The notes under the pieces are model-generated. The model did not search any database. It saw only the letters and a list, made by a program, of their open reading frames with translations, and had not been told where the DNA came from. DNA of 64,000 nucleotides from Amphiscolops sp. MND2022 (Eukaryota): the NCBI GenBank assembly GCA_964187785.1, contig OZ076413.1, forward strand, positions 44,766,001-44,830,000, in the 5' to 3' direction. The number at the start of each line of letters is the position of its first letter. Within the stretch, counting starts at the first letter, position 1. A program made the translations under genes and the position numbers. This document shows positions 23,901-35,835 of this stretch, in pieces.

Positions 23901-26900
23901 GACGTTCTCCTTGAATTTCGGAAGCTATTTTCTTCATTAAATCACTTGTTTTGCTCCATTGTATTTTTGGCAGTGAAACGTTAGTAGGGGGTTGTAAAAA
24001 GAGAGGGCCAAAACATGACGCGGGGTCCCTCTTATTTGGATCCCCAGACTATAAGGTAAATATCACAGATCCAACTATCACATACGTGAGCCACAATTCC
24101 TTTCCCGTTATTCTACAGGCTCCCTTTTAGATGATTCAGCGTAGCTTTGCAACTTCAACAAACCTTACTCGCCATTGCCTATTTCTCGAAACATTTACGC
24201 GGTTGAGAAAAAAATGGTACGGCAAAACCCTACATCCCTGCATCAGACGATCAACGGTAATTCTAATGAAGGTAATGACAAAATATTGACATGCCAATAC
24301 AAATTAAATTGATAAACGCCACAGTGGTACAGCGATTCAGAATCAATCATAACATATTTCATTTACAACAATTAATACTTCTCTCAATTCATTTAGCTAC
24401 ATGTAATGGTATCAGATTACAGGTCAAATGAAATGACGTCACCAAAATTAGATGAGATCAGGTCAGGTAAAGCAGAGTCAGGTCTTTGGATTTCAGAATT
24501 GTAGGGTCTGGTCACAAATGTTGGTGTTATTACTACCAGCACAAGGGGAAAGGAGGAATGAAGATACAGTAAAAAGACGATAAGTTTCAAGTGAGTTTAC
24601 GGTCACACTCGGGTCTTTCAGTGTGTACAAAAGCTATGACGTCATTTGATGTTCACATACTATAGTCATCATTGTCCGGTGGTTGGGCACTCACGGCGTC
24701 CTAGGGAAAACAAAATTTGATCAGCAGAAGGAAAATAGTTTCTTAAAACAGCGTACAAAAATCGAAGATGACCCTGAGGTACAAGACAGGAAATAATTGG
24801 GTGCCAAATAACTACATTGAAAACCTTAACTATGGGCGGTCCTGACTGTATACCTATGATGTAATGATAAGTCTACTAGTACAGATTTAGTCCTGCATAT
24901 AATCTTGGATATAATTTTTAAAAAAAATATTCCTATCCTACATCTTTATATAATTTACCCCTAGAAATTTTCATATAACCATATTTTGATAAATATTTCT
25001 AGGAATAAACCAGTCAGGTTTTTTGAAAACAATCGTTGTTCAAAATTCCGCAAAAAAGTGCAGCTTGTGAGTCTCCAGGAAAGCGTCCAAATTTCAAACT
25101 TCGCTCTTTGCTACTTGAATAAAAAGAATACTACAAGTATATAATGGTAAAGACCATTTGCGTTCACTTTTTTGAATTTAGTCAAAGCTCTCAGGGAACG
25201 ACTTAGTTAATAGGCAACACTCGCTCACTTATCTCAAAAACCCAACTCAGTAGACGCATTGAGTGAAACTGACAAAAAATGTAAACGTTCGCAACTGACA
25301 GAACCTAAATTTCACTGTTAGCTATCACGTTAAAATCCAAATTGAAACTTTTTGGCACGAGCAGGTTCTGCAACGCGTTTGCACCTTATACTAGAATGGT
25401 TCTAAGCTGGAAAAATTGCACCATTTCAGTAAATCTCCCAAACCAGGAATGAAGCTTATGAGCATTTGAGTTGACTTACATTGACTTTCTTCTCGAAATG
25501 GTCCTTCGTAGCGGGGTTGAAGAGCAGGCGCCTCGGCCAGCTGGGTGTCCTCGCCACTCAATGGGGTGACTGACTTCCACAGAAAAGACTTCTCAAACCT
25601 GTCGTTGGTTTTAACCTGAAACGTAATACTAAATCTGCAACTAGTACAACGGATGACATTGAATGCAAGTTTAGTGATCCTTCGACTATATACACGTTTT
25701 AATTCAAAGGTAAACTTTTCAGAATTTACAATCAGGCTAGAGAACGAAAACATTTTGCATGTTAACAGGAAAACTAATCATGTAATAACCATATCCAATG
25801 GGAGAAAATGCTCATTCTCCGAAAACATTTTAGGTAAATCATTCTCAAGTTGTTAATTTCAACTCATAACTACATTGTACTTTCAATCACAGGTGGAGAC
25901 AAACAAAGGAAACGAACGTTGAATGAATTGAAATGTACCTGCAAGTTCTTCTCTGGAACGTAATCATCTTGGTCTTGAATGTAAAGTCCTTGACGTCAAA
26001 CGTGTTTCCACAGAGCACGATGGATGTTGATGATGGATGTTAGGACACACTAATCAAATGCATGTGCCAGTTAGGACTTTCTTTCAGCCATTTATGACGT
26101 CACATCGATCGAGATGTCACATTGCTCTAAGCGAAGAATGCTGTGTATAGCATATTAAGCGGTTCTAGGAAATTACGCCCAAACGGAAATTACGCCCAAG
26201 GAAATTAAGCTATTCAAAGCGAAAAGCAGCGATATTTTAAGGTTATTATTTGAAGAGGTTAGCATGTTTGTTGTATGGCTCGGTCGCTTCGCTCCTTCCC
26301 CCAAGTAGCAACATTGAGGCATGGCCATATGGCACGTCGCTTCGCTCCTGCATTTAGGGACATAGTATAGGTGATTACATTATCGTAATTTCCTTGGGCG
26401 TAATTTACGTTCGGGCGTAATTTCCGTTTGGGCGTAATTTCCGTTTGGGCGTAATTTCCGTTTGGGCGTAATTTCCGGACACCCATTAAGCACTCTATTG
26501 GAAGCGGAGTTTCAACCATAGACAAACGACTTATTCAACAATAAAACACGACTTCATGCAAAGCCAGAAATCAATTATTGATTTCAAACAAAATTCAATT
26601 CATATTCTGAAGATTTGTCCGTATCAAAAGGGTTGAACATGTATGTGTCTAGTTAATTCTGAACGTCATTCTCCTCGTCATTATTTCACTAGTGTAGTAG
26701 ACTTTTCCTAGAAGTGAAACAACCGAGAATCCAATTGAGCCCTAAACTCATCTGAAGTAAGTCTTTCTGGAATCTTACATTCATTATACTGATTTGTGGT
26801 TTGATTTTGTGGTTTGATCTCACCATTGATTAATATCCGTCTCTTCTAAGGACTCCAGACTTAGCCCTTCGGACAACTTCCACGCTTTTACATCCAGGGT

Positions 26901-27517
26901 GGCCGTGTACTTCTCGAACTGCAGTCACGTGTCGCCTCACAAACGTCCCCTTGTACCTCCAAGGCCCATCAACACCAACTAAGTTTTTTTAAATATACAA
27001 TAAACATTAAAATTACAGAAAATTATCGACTATAGACTGTTTTAATGGCTAAAATTGGCTAAATGGATAAAGTAGTTGAACTCGAAGAGTAAATTTTTTT
27101 ACACAGGTCGGTTTTTAGTCGGTGCTTTTCTAGTGAAAAGAGCCCGACTATTACAGTGGCTAGTTTTTTTTCTTTTTTTTTCGTCAGACTACAATCTCAC
27201 TCTGATTGGTCCACTTTTCTTACAATAGAAACTACTAAAACTACTAAGGCCATAAGTTCCCCTTTCGAGTTTTTTGATATTTTGCAACAGTCCCCCCTTT
27301 TACATTTTTCGGCACTATGCGACATTTTCCTAAAAAAAATTTTAAGTTTTTTTTCAAAAAAATGTTTCGCGCTTTTTGAGCCTTAGATATAGTGCCGACT
27401 TTAGACGTTCCCGTCTTGTTATTTGTTAAATGCTTTTACCTGGCGTCTTCTATGAACTGGAAGAAAATTAAACTCACCTTGAAGTTTACGAATTGAAGGC
27501 GGAGCTGTTGTTTGCAT
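14992..27517 (-). CDS. Predicted 5' exons of an unidentified spliced host gene (27517-27478, 25988-25939, 24700-24661, 15125-14992; alternative first exon 15238-15169), continuing leftwards
   Basis: GT-AG boundaries with compatible phases (1, 0, 1, then donor GTAAGT at 14991) give MQTTAPPSIRKLQGLYIQDQDDYVPEKNLQDAVSAQPPDNDDYRVMPQVPLKFRPKSLFGKKLGKKKHKSEDSLPSVASSSHDYNGQQ. No recognisable domain. Confidence 0.4.
16055..18040 (-). mobile_element. Two HINE-like repeat copies (~16055-17110 and ~17281-18040)
   Basis: AACAAGACGGGAACGTCT..AGTCGGCGC start at 16056, CAAGCCGGGACCGGC at 17282, CCGACTAAAAAA end at 18030, internal GGGGGACC/CATAGTGCCGAAAA motifs. Confidence 0.6.
22402..24047. mobile_element. 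Possible small TIR element enclosing a HINE copy (~22538-23820)
   Basis: CTGGGGATCCAAATGAGAG at 22402 and inverted CTCTTATTTGGATCCCCAG ending at 24047, both flanked by ACT (possible 3-bp TSD). Confidence 0.4.
26161..26483. mobile_element. MITE with tandem 17-bp subterminal repeats (GGAAATTACGCCCAAAC)
   Basis: Inverted arrays of the 17-mer at both ends; ATTAAGC on both flanks (26154-26160, 26485-26491). Confidence 0.75.
27112..27420 (+). mobile_element. Short HINE-like repeat
   Basis: Starts TTTTTAGTCGGTGC and ends GATATAGTGCCGACTTTAGACGTTCCCGTCTTGTT (subterminal IR plus hairpin). Confidence 0.7.
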
Positions 27518-28822
27518 GTTATTTCTGAAAGAGGAACAAAAATATGATGACACATTTCTAACAACTCGTGAACTTGATAATACCTACAGAGATAGAAGAA
27601 AATACATAGACAAGAAACTTGAATGAGATTTCACTGATAAAGTAATTGATTAATTGAAGATAAACCTAATTAGAGCGAAATCATAAATGATTACCGAAAT
27701 AATCGTTTGTGCCCAATGGTAGTTCAATAACGACTCCGTGAGGGTGTTTGAAATACAGACAAGATACTAAGGGATTATATTATACCGCCACTGACTGGGC
27801 ACGTTAATTAAATATATTATAACCATCTGATTTGTACAATTAAACCACTAATATCTGCGATCAGAACTTTATCACCAGCTCATTAGAAGTAGAAGTTATT
27901 TGACCCAGTTGGCTTTCACTTTGTATCATTACTTTCAACCCGGGGGATAACGATTACCAGGTTTTCACAATAGAATGGTGTAATCTTCTTAAACTACACC
28001 TCAAATACAAAACCACAATCCGACACAAAAGGAATGGTCATCAATGATGAGTCATCGTGAATACCATGTTTCTAGCCCTTTCTTTCGAGCTATAAGCCAA
28101 ATTAGGTCTCACAAAAGTGGACGCCATTACCTTCGTGGGCGCTTACATCCCCCAAGCAGCTCATCAAAAATACTTAATTTTCGGATCTTCTCCATTAATT
28201 GCCCCAACAGTAGGCGCTCAAAAACTAGCTCAAAAATTTTCAAAATCTGTCTTTCAGGTTCTTGATTGGGTACTCCGTACCGGTATAGCAACAGAGGATT
28301 GCCGAGCCAGTAGAAACGTTTGAAATGACCATCGCAAAAGTTATACCTGTCAAGTGTTCAATTTATTCTTCGCAAAAAAAAACATTTTAATTAAACCTTT
28401 TTAGCTTCGCTTTATTCTCTAAAAACACCGTGTCGCATGCAAGCTTCATCAAAATGGCCATGAGCGCCAAAGAAGCATAAAAAACCCCCATTCACTGGAC
28501 AGCGATCGTTCAACCGTTAAAGCGAATGCCATTTGCACATGCCACGTTTCGTAGTTCACGCTTTAGCAAAACACTTGACTTGATTGGTTTTGACAGATTA
28601 GACACATCAATAACTTTGATTGACATTTCCAACAATTTGATTGGCTGCGAACTATGTTCAAAACTAATGTCTTACCAGTGGACACAATAATTGCGCAAAC
28701 TATTGAAGATGAGATTATAATAAGTTTAATTATAATAATCTACACTAAATTACAAATATATTCGTTTCAATGCCATTTTATTTTTCTTCAATCAGTAAAC
28801 GCAAAGATACTAAACTAATTGC

Positions 28823-30676
28823 TTAAACTTTGGCGTCTGTTTTTATTAAAAATTTACCATTAGCGTAAATAAACTCAGTAGGCATTGAATCAATTACGTC
28901 AAATGCTTCCGAATTCTCGGCGTACGTAGAATGGCATTCATAATCATACCCGGGGCATAGCTTATTAACTTTATTGATCAGGGAACGAAATACCGTCGGC
29001 AATATTGGACCACCATAAACTTCAAACAAGTGTCTGTTAACTCTGCCAGAAGTGCTGGTATTTGTTTTGTGCGACGATGTTTTCATGTTCAGCTGTTGCA
29101 AGGTCGAGCCAGAGAAAGGCTTGGTGGCCAAAATTGTGGGTGGTAGACCAGCCAAAGATCCACTGGCGGGAATCAAAGACTTGAAATTCAAGAGAAAGTT
29201 GAAAAATTGATGAACGGACTCTGGTTTTATGACTATCATGGATTGTTTGGTGTAGTCATATTTGTTATCCTGTTCCACGCTTTGTCCTGACTTCTGAGAC
29301 GAGACTTGAATTTGATCCGCTCCTAAACCTGTCAGCCAATCATGGCACGAAGCATGGTCTTGAACAAATTCAAGGTCATCTTTAGAAGAGTCTAGGTCAT
29401 CCACCTGATTTGAAAATACCTGATCAGGTGAAGGTGATTCTGATGACATGGGAGTGTCTAAACTGTTCTGACGCTTCAAATCAGATGAAGAATAATTAAG
29501 TACAGATATTTTTTGATCGTTCTGAAGGACATCTAAATAAGGCATTGTGTATTTTATCTTCTGCTTGAAAAGAGTGTCCCGGAAACCCCGTGTTGTTGGA
29601 ACAACATGGACCCTTGTAGATTGTGATACTTTTTTCGGCACTTCTGTAATTTTTTGGCAAGGTTGCAATTTCGAGTCTTCGTCACCTTGGGTTTCAAAAC
29701 ACATAGTAAGGTTAGATGAGCACAGAAAAAACATGTCCAAACTTCCATTGCGTAATAGGTCATACGCACTCTGGAAAGCCAAGTTCCAAGCGGAATACAC
29801 TGTGTTGCGCAGTTTGTCATTCATAAAAGACATGTCCTGATTATGTGTGTCTGTTCGTTTGACAGAGCCCCGGGGAAACATTTTCAGCCACGGAAAGTAA
29901 GGGTGAACCCAAAAACAGGATTCATTCAAGAGACTTTCAACAGTAGCATCGTCATTTGAGGAACTTGTCGGTTGAAAAATATGATGGGGGTTTTTGAGGT
30001 GAGACAAATTCGACTCGGAAATAACTCTAAATCTACTTCTCAGTGCCAAACTTTTCGGCAATTCAGATACCTCTTTCATTGCACTAGCCGATTGCTGATT
30101 TAGACCCTTGTCTTGATTTGAAGGATGAGTTTGCGATGGATCCCATGAACGCTGCGAAGAGTACAAATTAGATTGATGACTGGTTAGCGGGGGTAAACTA
30201 GATGGTAGAACCTCTACCTGAGGTTCTTCATCAAAAAGGTCAGGCGATGTTGGCCCAGCAAGACATCCACCAAGGATGATGGAACTTCTTGCGTGTTCAT
30301 CTACAGGGGTTATGGCTCCTGTAGTCGATACAGTAATTTCTTCACAATACCTTTTCTTGGATGATGCTAAAAACCCAAATGGATTTTTACGTTTAACCGG
30401 CAAATCTTCACTGTTGGGCAAGTCTTCAATGGTAAGATTGGAAAGCGGCAAAGCACCATGATTTTCCTTTTCAGTGTTAGAAACAGGTTGAGAAGATGAG
30501 AACTGAATGGAAGGTCCAACTGAGGACCTCTTTTTCCGAATCTTGAGTTTGGCAGTTCTGCTTTTCCAACTTGGCGTATATAAAACTTGCTGCGGCGATG
30601 AAACTGTTTTGTTCAAAGGGGTAGCTGACACCTTCATTAGAGGGTGACCTGAGAGCCGTTTTTCAGGGGTTGACAT
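28823..30676 (-). CDS. DONSON: Protein downstream neighbor of Son (DONSON/humpty dumpty), CMG assembly and replication fork factor; single coding exon
   Basis: Family motifs KRKNPF, FWVHP..PWL.MFPR, FQSAY.LLR.G, PTTRGFR..L, FFNFLLN, G.LAGLPPT.LA..PF.G.TL, GPILP. Confidence 0.9.
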   Translation of the reverse strand: MSTPEKRLSGHPLMKVSATPLNKTVSSPQQVLYTPSWKSRTAKLKIRKKRSSVGPSIQFSSSQPVSNTEKENHGALPLSNLTIEDLPNSEDLPVKRKNPFGFLASSKKRYCEEITVSTTGAITPVDEHARSSIILGGCLAGPTSPDLFDEEPQVEVLPSSLPPLTSHQSNLYSSQRSWDPSQTHPSNQDKGLNQQSASAMKEVSELPKSLALRSRFRVISESNLSHLKNPHHIFQPTSSSNDDATVESLLNESCFWVHPYFPWLKMFPRGSVKRTDTHNQDMSFMNDKLRNTVYSAWNLAFQSAYDLLRNGSLDMFFLCSSNLTMCFETQGDEDSKLQPCQKITEVPKKVSQSTRVHVVPTTRGFRDTLFKQKIKYTMPYLDVLQNDQKISVLNYSSSDLKRQNSLDTPMSSESPSPDQVFSNQVDDLDSSKDDLEFVQDHASCHDWLTGLGADQIQVSSQKSGQSVEQDNKYDYTKQSMIVIKPESVHQFFNFLLNFKSLIPASGSLAGLPPTILATKPFSGSTLQQLNMKTSSHKTNTSTSGRVNRHLFEVYGGPILPTVFRSLINKVNKLCPGYDYECHSTYAENSEAFDVIDSMPTEFIYANGKFLIKTDAKV

Positions 30677-32024
30677 TTCACTGACCTTGAAAGGAAATTT
30701 TTAAATAAAAATTCAGGTTTCAGGAAAACAATACTTCGCATCACTTGATTTTCTTGAACAATCGAGGACAAATGATCAAAACTGCAACACCGGAAAAATG
30801 AAAACAACGAAGTAAAAAAAACTGCGTTAAGAATTAGAGTAATCATACAACCTTTCCCCAATATTTTCAGCTATTCAAAAATTGACCATTAATAGCAAAA
30901 AGTTGGAACGCCAATAAAACTCAATCTAACAAAGACCACAAACTCTAGAAAGCAAACACGGTGATGAACAAATTAGGCGCAAAAGTCTATCAAGACACCC
31001 CCTAAGTGAAGAATGCTATGGAAAGATACTCGATATGGATTTTCTGACAACTACAGGAAGATACCAAATGCTCCGCTAGAAGTCCTGAAAACATTTAATT
31101 TGCTTTGAAAATAGGTCTTAAAAATTGACAATAGTCTGCAAATTTGCGAATCACAACTAGAAAAAAATATCACTAATTGAAAAAATTCACTGAATAAAAT
31201 AATTCAATTTCACCAAGCTGTTGAGACAAAAAAACTTGGCTGCAAAAAATTTTGCAAGCAGCAAAGTGAAAATAGATACAGAAAGAGAATAGTTTAAGAC
31301 AAGGAAAACGAACAAAACCACAAATTTGAATTTAGCACCAAAACTTTCATTGTTACAGAAGTAAAACAATTTTTGAAACTCAAACCATCAAATAATCATC
31401 ATATTCACAGATATTGCACAAGAAAGCAAATAGTTTTATTCTCTGCAAAGTTCAATAAGATGTATATTCCGCAATGCACAAGTTATTCAAATTGAATTTA
31501 AAACTGAAATGAATTTAAATCTCAAGTCATTTATCAGTTTGATTAATCGCTAATAGCACGGATGTAGCACAGAATATTGGGTGACCGTTTCTTTTTAAAA
31601 TATTTTCATACTGATCAAGTTGGCGAAAGTAGCATTACACAAATAAGATGGACAGAAAAGTAATTTAATTGCACTTTTTTCATTTTAAAACAAAACACTG
31701 AAAACATTAAAATTTCAAACGAGGTTTCATCAACTGCGATTTGGAAACTTTTGAGTTCGAGCTCTTCGGATCCAATCCGTAGATTAACCCTTTACATTAT
31801 ATTTTAACTTCGAAAGCATATTAAGTTTAAGGTTGTATTTAATCCAGGAAATCATTATTTGCATATATAATGCCCTCTGTATACTAGTTAAATTGAATAG
31901 TTCTATGGATGAGAAGAAAATACAACCTCAATATGTATCATTAAAGTCAAGGATGATCAAATTGGTTTCTATCTTGAAGGGGTCATTTGAACGTTTTTGG
32001 TATTTTTTGTCAGTTTTTCAATAT

Positions 32025-35000
32025 TTATGAATCATATGGCGGAGACAGAAGCACCATGTTGATTTGATCGGCGGGGTTGAGCGAGAACAAATTGTTGTCC
32101 TTGTTTTCCTTGTCATTCGGGTGACAATTCACTTCGATCGGTACATTAGGACAATTCCCGAACGGGGATGATTGGATGTCGCTCACGAAGAGAGCTCTGT
32201 TCGAAGCCTCGGCAGCAAGAGCTTGGACCTGTTGAAAATGCTCCATGGTGGCAGTGTGAATATGTAACATGATATTGTTTCTGTATCTGGTTTTGAAGAG
32301 GGTTTCTTGGTCGAAGGCTTTAGACGCCACTGAGACAAAAGGTCTGAGCCAGTAGAAACATTTCTGGAGCTGGGTTTTGTCCAGGTATGAGAACATGCGC
32401 ATGAAAGTGAAGTCCAGACTCAGAATGACAGCCGCGGCCAGCACTCTCGGAGGGAACTCTGTAGATTCATGAGCCAGAGTACACAAATCCAGAATGCAAG
32501 TGGCCTTGTGGTAGAACATGGGCTCGAATGTTGGGTTCACAATAATGTTGTTAGTTTTATGCCGGTCTCCGGACGCAAGAGCCAAAATGGCGGCCAGACA
32601 ATCGTCGTCGCTGGCAGAGTACAAATAAAGTTGCAAGTAAAGCAAAAGCCATTGCAGAGAAGTTACAGGATTCATTTTCCAATTCAAGCATTTAACCATA
32701 CAAATCTCGGTTTCAACCAAATCTTCTACATCACAGACACCGTTGGTGATGTTGGCAAACTCTTTTGAAGGCGGTGGGTATATTTCTTCAATCTTTGACG
32801 CCGTGAACAACGCCGTAGCACCCAAGAGCTGCAATTTGTCGGAGCCCAAATTATTAGTAGCAGCCAAAAAGCGGTCGAAAAAGTTGACGGCCACGTAGAA
32901 ACTGTCTTTGCGCATGTGGTAGTGCAAAGTTACCTCTGATAACCACTCGAGAACTATGGTGCGATGTTCTTTAGTCAGTCGAGGATGTTTGGCCAGGGGG
33001 TCTCGGGCAAGTCTATACTGCATGTCATCATTTGCAATCATGTCCTGCCAGCAAGCCCAATTGTCACCCCAGTTCAGGGAAGGAATGGGACAAAAAAGTT
33101 CGACCGGTTTCATTGTCAAATTGCTCATTTTGGTTGTAGGGGTCAGAGGTGAGTCGGCCATGATTTGTCGGGTAGCCGCAATTGTGTCTGGGGTCATGGT
33201 CTGACCGCATGGAGGCAAAGGTTTCACGTTCGTCTTTGGTTTCATCACATTTATTCCTCGGTTTGACATCATGGTTGCATCACTCGTTGTCACTGGGGTG
33301 AGTTCTTTGGTCTTTGCTTGGTTACCACCATTGACTCTGTCCTGGATCATTCTGTGATACAAATTCAGATCGGATGAAGTGTATTGGTTAGTTACATCCG
33401 AAAGGGGTCCCCCAGCATTGGCTTCAATGGTGGTAGCATTGTCATCCCTCGTTTTGAAAGATATATCCTGATCGATATAAGTCTGATTGACAGCACCTTC
33501 AAAGTGGAATGATGAAATTGTGTTCTCCCTGTCGTCTTCATCTCCGTCATCCTCGCTTGATAAGTTGCTGACGTCACTTTCTGAGTCCCCACTGGCGTCA
33601 TAGCTCTTGTTCTCGTCGTTATAGGTCATGGACTCTTTCAGCCCATCAAGGTCACAGTCACAACTTCCATCTGAAGCACAGCAAACTCCGTTGTCAACAT
33701 CATCGCCAATATCTTCCTCTTCATCGGGCAACTCTTCTTCCTCGATGATGTCACTTTCGACCTCACACGAGTTAGAGTTAGCACAAGAAGTGAAGCCTTC
33801 AGACGACACTCTAGACATCCTGGTGGCCGAGGAGGTGCACCCACTATTAGTAGACCCTGATTGGTTGGATAGATCGTCGGTGGAAAGAGAAAAATAACTG
33901 CTATCCATTTTGGCTATATTAATGAAATTGTTCTCCTTGTCAGACAACGAATCCTCCGAGTTATAACTCAGGTTATTATTAGCATTGCAAGCAGTTTCCT
34001 GTGGTTGCTGTGGCTGTGCAATGGGTTTATTATAAGTGCCGGTCAGATAAGTTGCGGGGTTATTATAACTGTTATTAACCTGGGTCATAATTTTGTTGGA
34101 ATTAGTTATATTCTGCAACACAGCTCCTCCGTTCAAAGCACTCTGTTGTCCATAGTCGTGATGTATCAACGCCGCAGCAAATGCGTTCTGTGGACAGGAA
34201 GCAGCAATGTTATTGCTGATTACGTCATTTTTAGTGGTCACGTGGTTTGTGGGGAAATAAAAATGCTGTCTTGAGTCCATAATAACTGGCGCAACTCCGT
34301 GATTATAAGTTATTCCCATATTTTCAACAAGAGGCTGTTGTTGTAATTGTGGCACGCAATTAGCACCAAAGTTGAAACAATTGTTCATTTTGGGACAAGT
34401 CAAGGAACTGTAATTTCTGCTGTAATCAGCAGTAACCGGAGGACAAGTGTTTTGTATGTCACAATAATTCGCTTCCCCTTCAATTATTCTGAGATTAAAA
34501 GCAGCCGATGCCAAATTCCGATCGTGATTATTGCTCGAATTTTCCTCTAATCCAGAGCTACTCACAGATCCAGTGCTTTTCTCTGGCAGCCGATGCCTGA
34601 CACGACAAAAATCAGACTGAGTGTAACTATTGTTATTAATATTGATATTGTTATTAGCGACAAATAAATGGCTATTATCACGTTGTTGCTTCTCGTTTGC
34701 AGATGTTTCAGCACTTTTCTCGACTATACTTATTTGAATAAGTGCAGGCGCTTTCAGGTTATCAGGATCCTTATTGCACTTCTTATCGCAGGCTGAAGAC
34801 CGAATATGAATACTGGCTTCTGAGTTATCAACTCTCTGGTCGCTTTTGATGGTAAATACACTGGTTGCGTTCTGATTGGCTGCCAGCTGCTTGTAATTAC
34901 AAGTAAAATTATAATTATTGCAATTATGAGCAGAGCCGGGGGTTTTATCTGCAGACTTATCGTGAGACTGCAATAAGGTGACTACCGAAGGAACAGGCAC

Positions 35001-35219
35001 CCTTGAGATAAGAGGACAATTGCGTGCCTCGGGCGGGGGGCAAGAGTTTTGGTTGATTACTGCTGGTACATTTGAAATGGACCTGTCACAAGTGATACTC
35101 GCACCAGTTAATTCGCATCCGCTAGTGGGACCAGTGATTTCAGGAGCTCTACGTCGCACAGAGCGAGTTGATTCAGAACCACATCGTCGAGTGGAAGCAT
35201 TTGAGGCGCGTTTCCGCAT
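32025..35219 (-). CDS. CCNE: G1/S cyclin E with ~700-aa low-complexity N-terminal extension; single coding exon
   Basis: PIPSLNWG…W..M, HP.L….R.I.LEWL.EV..HY.M.KDSFY.A..FFDRFL, LQLLG.TALF.ASKIEEIYPP and C-terminal LLSPP (LLTPP-type degron) are cyclin E signatures. Confidence 0.88.
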   Translation of the reverse strand: MRKRASNASTRRCGSESTRSVRRRAPEITGPTSGCELTGASITCDRSISNVPAVINQNSCPPPEARNCPLISRVPVPSVVTLLQSHDKSADKTPGSAHNCNNYNFTCNYKQLAANQNATSVFTIKSDQRVDNSEASIHIRSSACDKKCNKDPDNLKAPALIQISIVEKSAETSANEKQQRDNSHLFVANNNININNNSYTQSDFCRVRHRLPEKSTGSVSSSGLEENSSNNHDRNLASAAFNLRIIEGEANYCDIQNTCPPVTADYSRNYSSLTCPKMNNCFNFGANCVPQLQQQPLVENMGITYNHGVAPVIMDSRQHFYFPTNHVTTKNDVISNNIAASCPQNAFAAALIHHDYGQQSALNGGAVLQNITNSNKIMTQVNNSYNNPATYLTGTYNKPIAQPQQPQETACNANNNLSYNSEDSLSDKENNFINIAKMDSSYFSLSTDDLSNQSGSTNSGCTSSATRMSRVSSEGFTSCANSNSCEVESDIIEEEELPDEEEDIGDDVDNGVCCASDGSCDCDLDGLKESMTYNDENKSYDASGDSESDVSNLSSEDDGDEDDRENTISSFHFEGAVNQTYIDQDISFKTRDDNATTIEANAGGPLSDVTNQYTSSDLNLYHRMIQDRVNGGNQAKTKELTPVTTSDATMMSNRGINVMKPKTNVKPLPPCGQTMTPDTIAATRQIMADSPLTPTTKMSNLTMKPVELFCPIPSLNWGDNWACWQDMIANDDMQYRLARDPLAKHPRLTKEHRTIVLEWLSEVTLHYHMRKDSFYVAVNFFDRFLAATNNLGSDKLQLLGATALFTASKIEEIYPPPSKEFANITNGVCDVEDLVETEICMVKCLNWKMNPVTSLQWLLLYLQLYLYSASDDDCLAAILALASGDRHKTNNIIVNPTFEPMFYHKATCILDLCTLAHESTEFPPRVLAAAVILSLDFTFMRMFSYLDKTQLQKCFYWLRPFVSVASKAFDQETLFKTRYRNNIMLHIHTATMEHFQQVQALAAEASNRALFVSDIQSSPFGNCPNVPIEVNCHPNDKENKDNNLFSLNPADQINMVLLSPPYDS

Positions 35220-35835
35220 ATCTGCACAATATTAATTAGTAGCTTGATTAATTAATTAAAAAGCGTCGCTCAAGTCAACGTGTTCACTCGTCGCTCGCAG
35301 ATGGTGTTAAAAGGATAATCATGTAAAAACACTGGACTTCAGACAGAGCTCCGCTTGGCCATTCAATAAGCCTGAAATTTGAAAAATGGAAACGAATTAG
35401 TCTGTTCTGATAACACAAAAAGTATAAAATGAATTCAGAGATATAGAAAATTGAATCAATAAAATTAATTTGTCGGAAATGGCAAGATACTTCCAGGAGC
35501 AGCTAATTACTAGCGAAAACTTCGAATGGAATGAAACTTCGAATGAAACTTACCAAGGAAATGATGATTTTATACTTGAACTTATACCACGAAATTATGA
35601 GCTCATCTGCACATGAAAGGTGCCGAAACACTAACAATACTAATTATATCAGTGCAATTATAAAACTGTTTATAATTAATAATATCCCATATTTCTTAGT
35701 ACAAAGTTGAAGCACTTTGTGATTTGGAGTGTTTATATCCAGTAACTCCTCAAGCACGCCACAAAAGTCCGGCAACCGCGTCAGTTGTGTGACTAACGCC
35801 AGTTTAGAAGTCAGATTAGAGGCAGTTGAGAAAGC

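Noticed and set aside
28823..35219. Viral capture of DONSON or cyclin E
   Set aside because: Both lie outside the element-2 TIRs and more than 18 kb from element 1, in ordinary host context.
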